Below are positions 11,636 through 23,719 of a DNA stretch of 64,000 nt, one piece after another. The translations under genes and the position numbers were made by a program. Position 1 is the first letter of the stretch. Each line of letters opens with the position of its first letter. Source of the DNA: Cenococcum geophilum (taxonomy: Eukaryota); assembly GCA_050273025.1 (NCBI GenBank), contig CP158635.1:10354001-10418000 (forward strand), in the 5' to 3' direction. A model generated the notes under the pieces. That model was not told the DNA's origin and searched no databases. It saw only the letters and a program-made list of their open reading frames with translations.

Positions 11636-14600
11636 ATGGCGTTTGTATAGGAACAAGCTCCTTCTTAAATTTATAATAACTTTATAGACGTATATATAGA
11701 GCTTAGCTATCTAATACTAATTCTCTAACAGCAATCCTAAAATTTAGGAGGTATATAACGCTATATAAAAAGAAGAATAACTACTAACAGTAGTCTGCTT
11801 ATTGGTGTAGATAGTAAGTTAACCTATTTAAAATAGACGAGATGCAATAACTGCTAATCGTAGTCTGCTTATTAGTGTAGAGAGTAAGTTAACCTATTTA
11901 AGATGGATGAGATGCGATAACTGCTGACCATAGTCTGCTTATTGGTGTAAAGAGTAAGTTGACCTATTTAAGATAGATAAGATGCGATAACTGCTAACTA
12001 TAGTCTGCTTGTTAATGTAGGATATAAGTTAACCTATTTAAGGTGGATAAGATGCGATAACTGCTAACTATAGCCTACTTATTGGTATAGAGAGTAAGTT
12101 AACCTATTTAAGATGGACGAGATATAATAACTGCTAACCGTAATCTACTTATTAGTATAGAGAGTAAGTTAACCTATTTAAGATAGATAAGATGCAATAA
12201 CTGCTAACCATAGTCTGCTTGTTGGTGTAGTTAATAAGTTAGCCTATTTAAGATGGATGAGATATAATAACTACTAACTATGGTCTACTTATTGGTGTAG
12301 AGAGTAAGTTAACCTATTTAAGATGGATGAGATGCGATAACTACTAACTGTGGTCTACTTGTTGGTGTAGTGGGTAAGTTAACCTATTTAAGATAGACAA
12401 GATGTAATAACTGTTGACCGTGGTCTACTTATTAGTATAGTTAGTAAGTTAACCTATTTAAGATAGATAAGATACAATAACTGCTAACTATGGCCCGCTT
12501 ATTGGTGTAGGATATAAGTTAACCTATTTAAGATGGATAAGATACAATAACTACTAACCGTGGTCTGCTTATTGGTATAGAGAGTAAGTTAACCTATTTA
12601 AGATGGATAAGATATAATAACTGCTAACCGTGGCCTACTTATTAGTATAGTTAGTAAGTTAACCTATTTAAAATGGATGAGATACAATAACTGCTAACTA
12701 TAGTCTGCTTATTAGTGTAAAGAGTAAGTTAACCTATTTAAGATAGATAAGATGCAATAACTGCTAACTATAGTCTACTTATTGGTGTAGAGAGTAAGTT
12801 AACCTATTTAAGATAGACGAGATACAATAACTGCTAACCGTGGTCTGCTTATTGGTGTAGTTAGTAAGTTAACCTATTTAAGATAGATAAGATGTAATAA
12901 CTGCTAACCGTGGTCTGCTTATTGGTGTAGACAGTAAGTTAACCTATTTAAGATAGATAAGATGCGATAACTACTAACCGTGGCCTGCTTATTGGTATAG
13001 AGAGTAAGTTAACCTATTTAAAATGGATAAGATACAATAACTGCTAACTATAACCTGCTTATTGGTATAGAGAGTAAGTTAACCTATTTAAGATAGACGA
13101 GATATAATAACTGCTGACCGTAACCTGCTTATTGGTGTAGGTGGTAAGTTAACCTATTTAAAATGGATAAGATGCAATAACTACTAACTATGGTCTGCTT
13201 ATTGGTGTAGTAGGTAAGTTGACCTATTTAAGATGGATAAGATACAATAACTACTGACCGTGGTCTGCTTATTAGTGTAGAGAGTAAGTTAGCCTATTTA
13301 AGATAGATGAGATGCAATAACTACTAACCGTGGTCTACTTATTAGTGTAGTGGGTAAGTTAACCTATTTAAGATAGACGAGATATAATAACTGCTAACCG
13401 TGGCCTGCTTATTAGTATAGAGAGTAAGTTAACCTATTTAAGATGGATAAGATGCAATAACTGCTAACTATGGTCTGCTTATTGGTGTAGTAGGTAAGTT
13501 GACCTATTTAAGATAGATGAGATGCGATAACTGCTGACTGTGGTTTACTTATTAGTGTAGAGAGTAAGTTAACCTATTTAAGATAGATAAGATATAATAA
13601 CTGCTAACTATAGTCTACTTATTAGTGTAGAGAGTAAGTACTTTCTTTTTAGGTCTTTAATTTCTTTACATATCATGTTGATTTAGGGCATGACTTTAGA
13701 TATCTTAGACGCCTTTTATTAACAATCAGTTTGCTATAAGGTTTTTTAGCAACTAGCCCTAAAGCACATCTTCTAAAAATCCCGTCTCTGCTTAATTGTG
13801 TTTATACTGCGTAGATCTTATATCTTTAGACCACCCTAAAAGTGCCTTTAAATTACGCACTCTAAGAAATAATTGTCTTCTCTATAACCTGCTCCTTAAT
13901 ATAGTCCGGTGTAATTATAGTGGAGATTATTAACAGGTTCCTATAATTAGAGATGATTTAGCCCTTATAGTTACTACAGATAGTCTATATATTATTCGCC
14001 TTTATGCCAATCTAGGTTTGTCTTTACCCTCTTTTAATATATTTAACTATGTCGCTTACTACTTTATATTGGTAAAAGAACCATTAATAGATGGTAGTTA
14101 CGGTATTGAAATTGGACCTCCTATTTTATAAACAATCAATCTCTTCCAAATTTGCAGTGCTTTATACTTCCAGTTACTATATAAATGGCTTTAGGAGTGT
14201 GACCAAAGTCATATATATAACCGGTAAACACAATACTAGCTAACAAGAGTCATTTTTATTAGAGGTCTAGATCCTAACAGATTGATACTTCAGGAGTAAG
14301 CGAGTGGAGAGGACTATTTTATGCTCTCGCACTACTAGGGTAATCTAACGGATAAGGAGAAGAAGCGGTTCTACACCACTCTAAAAAACTACCGTAATTA
14401 AATAAAGGAGGGATTCAGCTATAATGATTTACTAAAGACATTTTAAGATACGGTTTAAGTGACTCGAGAACTTAGTAAAGAGTACCTTTAGATTAATTCT
14501 CTTTGTATAATTTAAGGAAATAAGGAGGATTGGAAAAGAGAAGCTGGGCGCATAGAATAGGTCTTTACCTCTACCTACTATACCATTACCGCGAGTTCGG

Positions 14601-15624
14601 CGCCTAATTGGAGAGATGGCTTCCTTAAGCGGAACTTAAGTCCTTAGTATTTTTAGATCTAAAGTAGCTCCTATAGATAGGTTTATATCTATAATAACAC
14701 ACACGACTATAGTAAAGATATAGATGAAAGCCCCCTTAATAAGAGAGCTTGGGTACTATAAGAGCGAGTGCTGTCCTATAAAACTATCCATTTTTCTGTA
14801 AAATAGACGTATTGGGAGTGTGCGGAAGATATACTTTACAAAAACTTTATAAGGCTATAATGGTAAAGCTAAAGTTAAAGGTCATAGTAGAGTAATATAC
14901 TCTAATATTATATTCTAGCCCACCGGGAAGGGAACATTTTATTCTTAATTTTAATTTTCCTAAACGGCTTACGGCGTTAGGGTACGATTATACGGTTAAC
15001 TTTGTCCAAATTCTTTTTAAGAAGTATTTACAATGCGGTCTTACCAATAAATCCAATAGGGATACTGCGATCTTTAGCTTGGTCAAGCGCATAGAAAGTG
15101 CCTTAGACACTAAAGGAAAATACGGAGTATTTTACTGTTTTTTCTCTAAACTCCTTCTATAGAAATGGTTTAATAGGGAGAATATAGATCCGATTTTTTA
15201 CAATAGTCGAAGGGTGCCATCCTAGTCTTAGATGGCATATAATGGAGGAATTGATTTTATATCGGATTTGACACTTATAGTTCCGCGCTCTAAAGATCTC
15301 GGATTTGACACCAATCGAAAGGCGTTAGTCGTAAAAATTAGATAGTTTAAACATTGTCAAATAGAACAAGAAGAGAAAGAGCATGCTATTTTTGCTAATT
15401 TAGAAAGAGTGGGGTCTTTATAGTTTAATATGGCAACCAAAATTGAGTTTAGGCATTGTGTTGTCGTTAGGATGCGTAATAATCAGGAGGAAAACCCCCA
15501 GAAGACTTACTATATACTAGTTGTCCGAGAAAAACCACTAGAGAAGGAGTATAAAAGACTTAGAGTTGGGAAAGTTAAAGCACGCTATATATTAAAGGAG
15601 AGCGATACTAAAAAGCTTATGTAA
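11636..15624 (+). pseudogene. HET-domain (PF06985-type) gene with 5' tandem intron/microexon array, RIPed
   Basis: YFMLSHY*G, DLLKTF*D, EYL*INSLCII*GNKEDWKREAGRI, PLNKRAWVL*ERVLS at ~14315-14790. Upstream LCLYC...CLL(Y/C)NLLL exon. ORF 15430..15624 is the C-terminus. Start codon tentative. Confidence 0.85.
11751..13686 (+). repeat. Tandem array, period 70 bp: 67-nt GT-AG intron + 3-nt variable microexon (27 microexons)
   Basis: Unit is GTAAGTtaacctatttaagatggatgagatgcgataaCTGCTGACcgtggtctgcttgttggtgTAG + NNN. The triplets start at 11811, 11881 ... 13631. Confidence 0.85.
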
Positions 15625-16073
15625 ATTTGTTATTAGTTTATAAGTTAGTAGTTTTCTTACGAGATATAATATAAGAGTATAAATATTAACGCTCCTAGGT
15701 TGTTAGCTTTAGTAACCCTTAATTAAAACAATATAGAGCTCCTCCTTTACTAATATAAAATTGCTAGTTCTTATACTCCTTAAGTATAGGCAATAGGTAA
15801 GCTTTAATACCTAGTAAGTATTACTAGTTCTTTTTAACAGCGAATAGGGCTCGTATATACCGTTTAATAAAAAGTTACTTATTAAAAGGTTAAGTATATA
15901 GTTGGATATATAAACGGAATATCGTATTTAAGGATAGCGGCAGTATTTAAATAGGTCCTTAAATTTATAGAATAAGACTAGTGTAAATGCGGCGCTAGTT
16001 GGCTTTATAAGCATAGTTATAATTTATATATAACGGTAATTAAAGTAATCTAGAACTAGATGTCGCTGCTATA

Positions 16074-16520
16074 AGTAGGGAGGGCGGCTAACCTGTACCA
16101 GCTATACCCTTATTAAGAGTCTACTTCTTAGGATTAAAGAATAGAGGAAATAGGGGAACTATAGTTAGTGTTGGAATAAATGGTCTTAAGTGTGGTGTTA
16201 TAGCGGTAATACACTACCTCCGCTGCTCGGCGTTTGACTTGGCGCGGTTACTAAGTTAACTAAACTATACCAAAACCCCTAACCTATATCCTCGTCAACG
16301 GAGACATATTAAAGGTATAGGCGCTCCCATAGGCGGGTCTTCTATAGGGATTAGCACTAGCCCTATAACTAGGGCTTTTTAACCCTAGGGCTCTTAATTA
16401 CACCTACACTTTTAAATTTGGCGCCATTGACGTATTTTAAACTAACCCTTTTATTTATAGTCGTCGGAGTAGAGTTTCTTTAGGCTTCGCGAAGCTACCT
16501 TTAGGGGCGATCTTTTATAC
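16074..16520 (+). repeat. Module 1 arm B: inverted core site + ~410-bp conserved block ending in palindrome and ggggcgatctcttgtac
   Basis: Near-identical to 22444-22838 and 28357-28797. Confidence 0.9.
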
Positions 16521-17162
16521 CTAGAGGAACGTAGTTCTAAAAGGTATTTAGTGCCTAGAGGAACGTCAGTTCTAAAAGGGTTAAATACCGCCCGAGGAAA
16601 AATTGGGTTAGGCTCATCTTGCCCTCTTATTAGTCAAATCTTTTCGCCCTTATTGGCTAAATTTTCTCGCCGTCTTATCGGTTAAATCTTCTCGCCCTTT
16701 TATTTATTAAATTTTCTTACCCTCTTATTTGTTAAATCTTCTTCGCTCTTATTTATTAAATCTTCTTACGCTCTTATTTATCGAACCTTCTTACGCTCTT
16801 ATTTATCAAATCTTCTCGCCCTCTTATTCGTCAAATCTTCTCGCCCTCTTATCCGCCAAATCTTCTCGCCCTCTTATTTATTAAATTTTCTCGCCCCTTT
16901 ACTAGTTAGCTTTTTACCTCTTTAGGCTAATTAATATATTCTCTTTAGAATTTCTTCACACCGCTAGTATAGTCGGTTAGGAGGTATAGGTAGGAGAGGG
17001 GATTCTTAAGTATATTCGCTTATTAAGATCGGCTTATTATTTACTTAGGTGTAAATATCTTATCTCCTTTACAAAGTAGATTATAGCTTTAACCGCGCTA
17101 ATATTTAGGAAACGCTATAAAAACAAGGGTATAGCCTTAGCGGGTTAGCCGCCCTCCCTACT
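16520..17162 (+). repeat. Module 2 arm A
   Basis: Homologous to 10130-10900; 25-bp tandem variant aaatcttctcgccctcttat(n5); ends in core site 17125-17162. Confidence 0.9.
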
Positions 17163-17594
17163 AGCGCGGCTAGGTAAAGGTAAGGATAAGGATAAAGGCT
17201 TAGCAAAAGTAAGGGTAAAAGCAAAGGCGAAGGTGAAGACCTATAAGGGTATGGCTAGAGTAGATCGGCACCCTCCCTTCTAGTACAGCCAAAGTTATAG
17301 TAGCACCGCTTAATTTAACTTTTGGTACTAATAAATTCCGCCACTTAAAGCGCGTAGTTTAAGCTACTTAGAATATTATATAGAGTTAATATCCTTACTT
17401 AACAGAGCGACTTAATAGGTTAGCGCCAGCCTAACGCCTCTTACTAGCGTATTTCCCGCCTAAGGGGGAAACTTATGTTTATATAGGTATATATCCCCCT
17501 TAACCCTCTATAAAATAGAGATATAAAGAAAATAATATATATTATATAGAAGGCTATTATAACCTTACTACTACTCTATTATACTATATAAGCT

Positions 17595-20500
17595 TTAACC
17601 CTTCTTTAAATTGGAGAAATAATATACCCCCTAATAAGTGTCCTAATATAATTATTGCATTCTAAATAGCTATATAAGTTGCTTAATAGTTAGGAGGAAG
17701 CTAAAGAATATTCCCCCCCTTTTTCTCTACCTAATTGTTTAACACAAATAGAGTATATAACTGCTCTAAAGAATCTAGCAATGCCTTAAGAGAGGATATA
17801 TTTACTACTCCTCTATCCGTTTTAAGGTATTAACCTAAAGTGGAGAATAAAAGGTTATTAATAACTATACCAATCTTAAGCATCTACAGCGCCACTCCTA
17901 TAACGGCGTCCCAGAGCCTAACTATCTCGTCGCCTAAGCTTAACGCCACTAGCTTACCGTCTAGCAAGAAGGCCACTAACGTAACCGAATTTAAATAGCC
18001 CTTAAATATCTATAGTGTTGCTCCTATAACGGCGTCCTAAAGCCTAACTGTCTTATTATATAAGCTTAACGCTACTAGCTTACCGTTTAGTAAGAAGGCC
18101 ACTAATATAACCTAATCTAAATAGCCCTTAAACGTCTATAGCGCCGCTTCTATAATAGCGTCCTAGAGCCTAACTATCTTATTATGCGAGCTTGACGCTA
18201 CTAGCTTACCATCTAGTAAAAAGGCCACTAACATAACCCAATCTAAATAGCCCTTAAACGTCTATAGCGCCGCTCCTATAACGGCGTCCTAAAGCCTAAC
18301 TATCTCATTACCCAAGCTTAACGCCACTAGCTTACTATCCGGCGAAAAGGCCACTAACGTGACCAAATCTAAATAGCCCTTAAATGTCTATAGCGCCGCT
18401 CTTATAATAGCGTCCTAGAGCCTAACTGTCTTATTATACAAGCTTAATGCTACTAGCTTACCGTCTAGCGAGAAGGCCACTAACATAACCCAATTTAAAT
18501 AGCCCTTAAACGTCTATAGCGCCGCTCCTATAACGGCGTCCTAGAGCCTAACTGTCTTATTATACAAGCTTAACGCTACTAGCTTGCCGTCTAGCAAAAA
18601 GGCCACTAACGTAACTAAATCTAAATGGCCCTTAAACGTCTATAGCGCCGCTCCTATAACGGCGTCCTAAAGCCTAACTATCTTGTTATATAAGCTTAAT
18701 GCCACCAGCTTACCGTCTAGCAAAAAGGCCACTAACGTAACTAAATCTAAATAGCCCTTAAATATCTGCAGCGCCGCTCCTATAATAGCGTCCTAGAGCC
18801 TAACTATCTTATTATACGAGCTTAACGCCACTAGCTTGCCGTTTAGCAAAAAGGCCACTAACGTAACTAAATTTAAATGGCCCTTAAACGTCTATAGCGC
18901 CGCTCCTATAACAGCGTCCTAGAGCCTAACTATCTTATTATACAAGCTTAACGCCACCAGCTTGCCATCTGGCAAAAAGGCTACTAATGTAACTAAATCT
19001 AAATAGCCCTTAAACGTCTGCAGCGCCGCTCCTATAACGGCGTCTTAGAGCCTAACTGTCTTATTATATAAGCTTAACGCCACTAGCTTGCCGTTTAGCG
19101 AGAAGGCCACTAATATAACCTAATCTAAATGGCCCTTAAACGTCTGCAGCGCCGCTCCCGTAATGGCGTCCTAGAGCCTAACTGTCTTATTATACAAGCT
19201 TAACGCCACTAGCTTGCCGTCCGGCGAGAAGGCCACTAACGTAACCCAATTTAAATAGCCCTTAAATGTCTGTAGCGCTGCTCCCGTAACGGCGTCTTAG
19301 AGCCTAACTATCTTATTGCCCAAGCTTAACGCTACCAGCTTACTATTTAGCGAGAAGGCCACTAACGTAACCTAATCTAAATAGCCCTCAAGTGTCTGCA
19401 GCGCCGCGCTTTAATTTACTTACACTTTTGGCTTTATTTGGATCCAAGTAGGGATATACTTCTTAAATCGTCTTTAAACAATACTCTTCTCTAGGGCGAA
19501 GATAAGGGCTAAGCAATATAGCTAGAGGGGTGCCTATTTAATCACTAATCAATTATATAGAATAAATCGCTTCGTATTATAAACAAACGCGTATAGGTTA
19601 GGACTTTTATTAGCCTAGGTATAAATTAGTTAGGATTACCTAGTATACTCTAATAAAGACTTATTAGAATTTAAGCCTCCAAGAATAATATTATAAGAAT
19701 CCCTTTTAAAGTCTTCCCTATCTAGCTAAGGGCCTTAAGCTAGTGAAGTAAATGCTCCTATAGAAACCAATAAACTTAGTCGTTATTATAGAGTTAAGCA
19801 CTACCCCTTTAAAGATGCTGGACCTAGTATAGATATATATATTAAACTTCCGGAGGTATATACTGCTCTAATCGACTACTATTAACCCCTTAAGTAGATA
19901 AGCCTGGAGCGTAAACGCTATAGATATCTCTTCCTAGTTTGCTAGATATAAGCCGTATATAGTATTAGGCTAAGGCTTTATACTATTGTCTCTTATTTAC
20001 CTAAAGGGCTTAATTATAGCATCTCTGCTTATCTAGGAGGAAATCTTAAAACGAGGGATGTAATAGGCGAATAGGAGCTCCCTAGTCCTTTAGTATGTTA
20101 AGTACTAAATGTAAATACTATAATCTAGAATTAATTGACTCCAGGCGAATATTAAGCAGTTTAGTAAGAGCGGTAGCAAAAAGCGGTTCTAATAGGATGG
20201 AAAGAGACCCGATTACCTATCTAAATATCTTAGCTAGCTTATCCTTATTCCGTTGGCCTATAACATTCTTAAATAAGTGCTGTAAGATTTAAGTGTATAT
20301 CTCGTTAAGCTCCTATATTGGCAATGTGTATAGAATATCGTGCTTCTAGTCGTGATAACGGTCTAACCCATTACTAGGAAGGAAGAGGTGGAGAAGATCT
20401 TACGGTAACTATTGGTCGTCGCCCTTTATAAAGCGATATACTGTTACGGCATAGATAAACAAGCTTTTAGCTCTCTGGATTAGAAGATTAATCTTCTTAT

Positions 20501-21471
20501 TACTAGGCCAATTAGTAGCGATATTTTTAAAGTCATCCCTTATCTCCCGGAATTTCACCTTTAAGAAGACTGAAATATCCTAGTTGATAATAGCCTGGGG
20601 TATATTATAGAGGACCAAATTATAATATATAATCCTTGGTATAGCCTAGAAGCTAAGCCGAAGTGGTGTATCTAGTCTGCTAGTAATAAAGATATAAAGC
20701 CGAGTAGTATTATAACCGTTTAGCTCTATTAAAAGTTAAAGGATAGCTCTAATATTATTATCCCCCTTATACTCATCTAACGCATTAACTATAATAATAA
20801 ACGGTAACTGAGGCGGATTGGCCTTAAGCTTTAATATTAGCTAGAGGATAAGCTAAGTCCACTAGTCGCGGAGACCTTAATAGGCAATATCGCGGCATTT
20901 AGCAATAACTTTGCAGATATGGCCTTTGAGAGCCTCTAACTAATATGCTAGCTAGGAGGCAATGCTAGGGAAGAACTTTACAGCATAGCTAACATCTCCA
21001 CCACCTTTTAAGAAGAAGAAGCTTACTCCTAGTCGATTTTCCTCATAGTATTTGCGTGCGATTGTATAGGCGATAGTGGACTTTCCTATACCTGCTAAGC
21101 CGTTCAGCCAGAAGATATACCTTTCGTCTTATATATCTGCCTATGACGTTATCTATTATAGAACGCCGGTGCGCGTGTTAGGGAGGTATAGAGGGTTATA
21201 TTACTTATCGTAGGAGTTAAAGGGCGCTTACTTAGCAGAAGGCAATAGTAAAAAAAGGTCCTCTAAGGAGAGAATAAAGAGTTAATAGCTGTGTTGAGCT
21301 GTCTATATAGGAATATATGCTCTACAATAATAGGTCGTCGTAGATAGTTATAGTAGTATATGATGGAAACTCACCATCTCTGTAATTGATCCCCACAAAT
21401 ACATTTGCTCTATCTATAGCCAATATCCCGCTAATATGCTGGGATATATAATAGTTATTAGTTTAGCTTAT
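17595..21471 (-). pseudogene. NACHT-WD40 NLR-like gene (NWD/HET-E family architecture) with short N-terminal amyloid-like motif, RIPed
   Basis: P-loop IFWLNGLAG(I/T)GKSTIA at ~21070-21118. Walker B IIIVNALDEY at ~20770-20800. Also IFITSRL, LFI(Y)A and LHLFLP/HDFL motifs, then 12 WD40 repeats. The N-terminus is only ~35 aa before LPSA*APFNSY. Confidence 0.92.
17884..19406 (-). repeat. 12 highly similar 126-bp WD40 repeats
   Basis: De-RIP unit GAALQTFEGHSDxVxSVAFSPDGKLVASSSxDKTVRLWDAVT; starts spaced 126 bp apart. Confidence 0.92.
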
Positions 21472-21844
21472 TTCTAGAATTTATACTAGAGAACCCACAG
21501 CAATTGCCGCCAGCGATATAGTAGTTAGAAGACTTTCTAAATCTTATACAAGCCTTACGGTATAGGGGCTTAGGCTCTATATTAGGATCTTAGAGAGAAT
21601 AGCGATATATATCTGTAAGAAGTTATAGGTAAAACGCGAACGGAGGGGTGTTAAAGCTAAGCGCCGCTAAGAATATAGTATTAGCTACACTGTGAATATA
21701 ATCTTAAGCGCCCCTCTGTAAGGATTTACGCATTTGTCCACACAATTAATACCTATACTTATTATTAAAATTGTTTATTATTTATAATGGCTTATATCTC
21801 TACTAACTCTTTTATAGGAGATTACTAACTCTTTATATAGGAGA

Positions 21845-22060
21845 TTAATCGCTCTTACCTTTAAAGAACTTATTAATATCTATATTGTTTACTATTCTAA
21901 CTATCCCCCTACTACCTTGTCCAGCCGCCACTTACTTTATATCTTGCTTAATTCCGCCTTAATCTTCTATATTAAAAAATCCTACTAGTAGGTTATCTTT
22001 ATCTGCTGTTATATTCTCAATCCTCTACCTAGTCCGGTCGTAGTATATCTTTACCACTAT
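21845..22060 (-). pseudogene. Short ORF resembling a two-repeat HET-s-related amyloid prion-forming domain
   Basis: Translates (I/M)VVKIYYDRTR*RIENITADKDNLLVGFFNIED*GGIKQDIK*VAAGQGSRGIVRIVNNIDINKFFKGKSD*: two pseudo-repeats plus an aromatic C-terminal tail, like HELLF/HRAM-type PFDs. Confidence 0.65.
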
Positions 22061-22281
22061 ATCCCTATAATTATTTTATTATTTATAAAATAGATAAAGC
22101 TATAAGCTAGCAAATAAGGCTGCAATTTTATAGCGCCACTTTTTTTATCAACCGCGTAATAGGCTAGTGTCTTATTTTGCGCGGCAGTAAGTATAGGGTA
22201 AAAGGAGCTGTAGTTAGTGTCTTTACCCCTACTAGCGCTCCCGGCGCTTTCTTTAACTCGCTACTATAATAAGGTTACGCT

Positions 22282-22838
22282 AGTAGGGAGGGTGGACGAC
22301 CCGCTCTAGCCACACCTTTATTAAAGTCGCCTTAGCTAGCTAATAATTAGTTAATAAGTTATACGCTACTACCTAGCAATAACCCGAATATTCTATATAG
22401 CTATTTGCGATTAGATAAGCTAAGTCATTATCTTGCCAGCGCTAGCAGGGAGGGCGCTAACCTGCTTAGGCCACCCTCTTATTAAGGGTCTACTTCCTAA
22501 GATTAAAGAATAGAGGAAATAGGGGAACTGTAGTTAGTGTTAAAATAAACAATCTTAAGTATAGTGTTGTGGCGGTAATACACTGCCTCCGCTGCTCGGC
22601 GTTTGGCTTAGCGCGGTTGCTAAGTCAACTAAACTATACCAAAACCCCTAACCTATATCCTTATCAACGGATACATATTAAAGGTATAGGGCTTTTTAAC
22701 CCTAGGGCTCTTAGTCACACCTATACTTTTAAATTTAGCGCTATTGACGTATTTCAGACTAACCCTTTTATTTATAGTCGTCGGAGCAAAGTTCCTTTAG
22801 GCTTCGCGAAGCTACCTCTAGGGGCGATCTCTTGTACC
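22282..22838 (+). repeat. Module 2 right end: core site, 123-bp mini-spacer, second core site, arm B
   Basis: Core sites at 22282-22319 and 22444-22480. Arm B is homologous to 16074-16520 with a ~50-bp internal deletion. Confidence 0.88.
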
Positions 22839-23414
22839 GCGCAAGAAAACTTTAGTAGCCACTCGTCTTGCCCTTTTATTAGCCAAATCTTTCACCCTCT
22901 TATTAGTTAAATCTTTAAGCCCTCTTATCAGTTAAATTTTCTTACCCTCTTATCTATTAAATCTTCAAGCCCTCCTATTAGTCAAATCTTTAAGCCCTCT
23001 TATTTATTAAATCTTTAAGCCCTCTTATTTATTAAATATTTAAGCCCCCCCTACTTATTAGATCTTTAAGCCCTCTCATTTATTAAATCTTTAAGCCCTC
23101 TTATTTATCAGATCTTTAAGCCCTCTTATTTATTAAATCTTTAAGCCCTCTTATTAGTTAGCTTTTTACCTCTTTAGGCTAATTAACATATTCTCTTCGG
23201 AATTTCTTTACGCCGCTAGTATAGTCGGTTAGGAGGTATAGGTAGGAGAGAGGATCCTTAAGTATATTTACTTATTAAGATTGGCTTATTATTCGCTTAG
23301 GTATAAACGTCCTATCTTATTTATAAAGTAGATTATAGCTTTAACCGCGCTAATGTTTAGGAAACGCCACAAAAACAAGGGTATAGCTAGTGCGGGCCGG
23401 CCGCCCTCCCTACT
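22835..23414 (+). repeat. Module 3 arm A
   Basis: Homologous to 10271-10900; core site 23377-23414. Confidence 0.9.
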
Positions 23415-23719
23415 AGCGCAGGCAGTATGCGGATAATTTAGGTTTAATTAGCTAGACAAAAATATTACTAATTATACTACAGTTAAATAGGGCTAAAGGG
23501 AGCTCGGAATACGTAGCTTAAATATAGCTCCGCAGTCTAGAGCATAATTATAGTTACTTACGTTATATAAGGTACGGGGTAGAAATCACCTCCTAGCTTA
23601 TTATCGTAGATTGTATAATCTAACTCAAAACAATAGGCCGCAGGTATACCCAGTCTTATTATCTAACAGTAATTAAAGCTTTTTATACTAAAACAGATGC
23701 TCGACTTTCAACCCTTAAA

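Noticed and set aside
11751..13686. CRISPR array or ankyrin/TPR-type coding repeat
   Set aside because: Variable parts are only 3 nt, and the period of 70 is not a multiple of 3. Eukaryotic splice signals explain the unit.
20095..20292. Plus-strand ORF
   Set aside because: Antisense to the NACHT-WD40 gene.
22569..22910. 113-aa ORF as a real gene
   Set aside because: It spans the arm B/arm A junction, and the frame is not kept in the other two copies.
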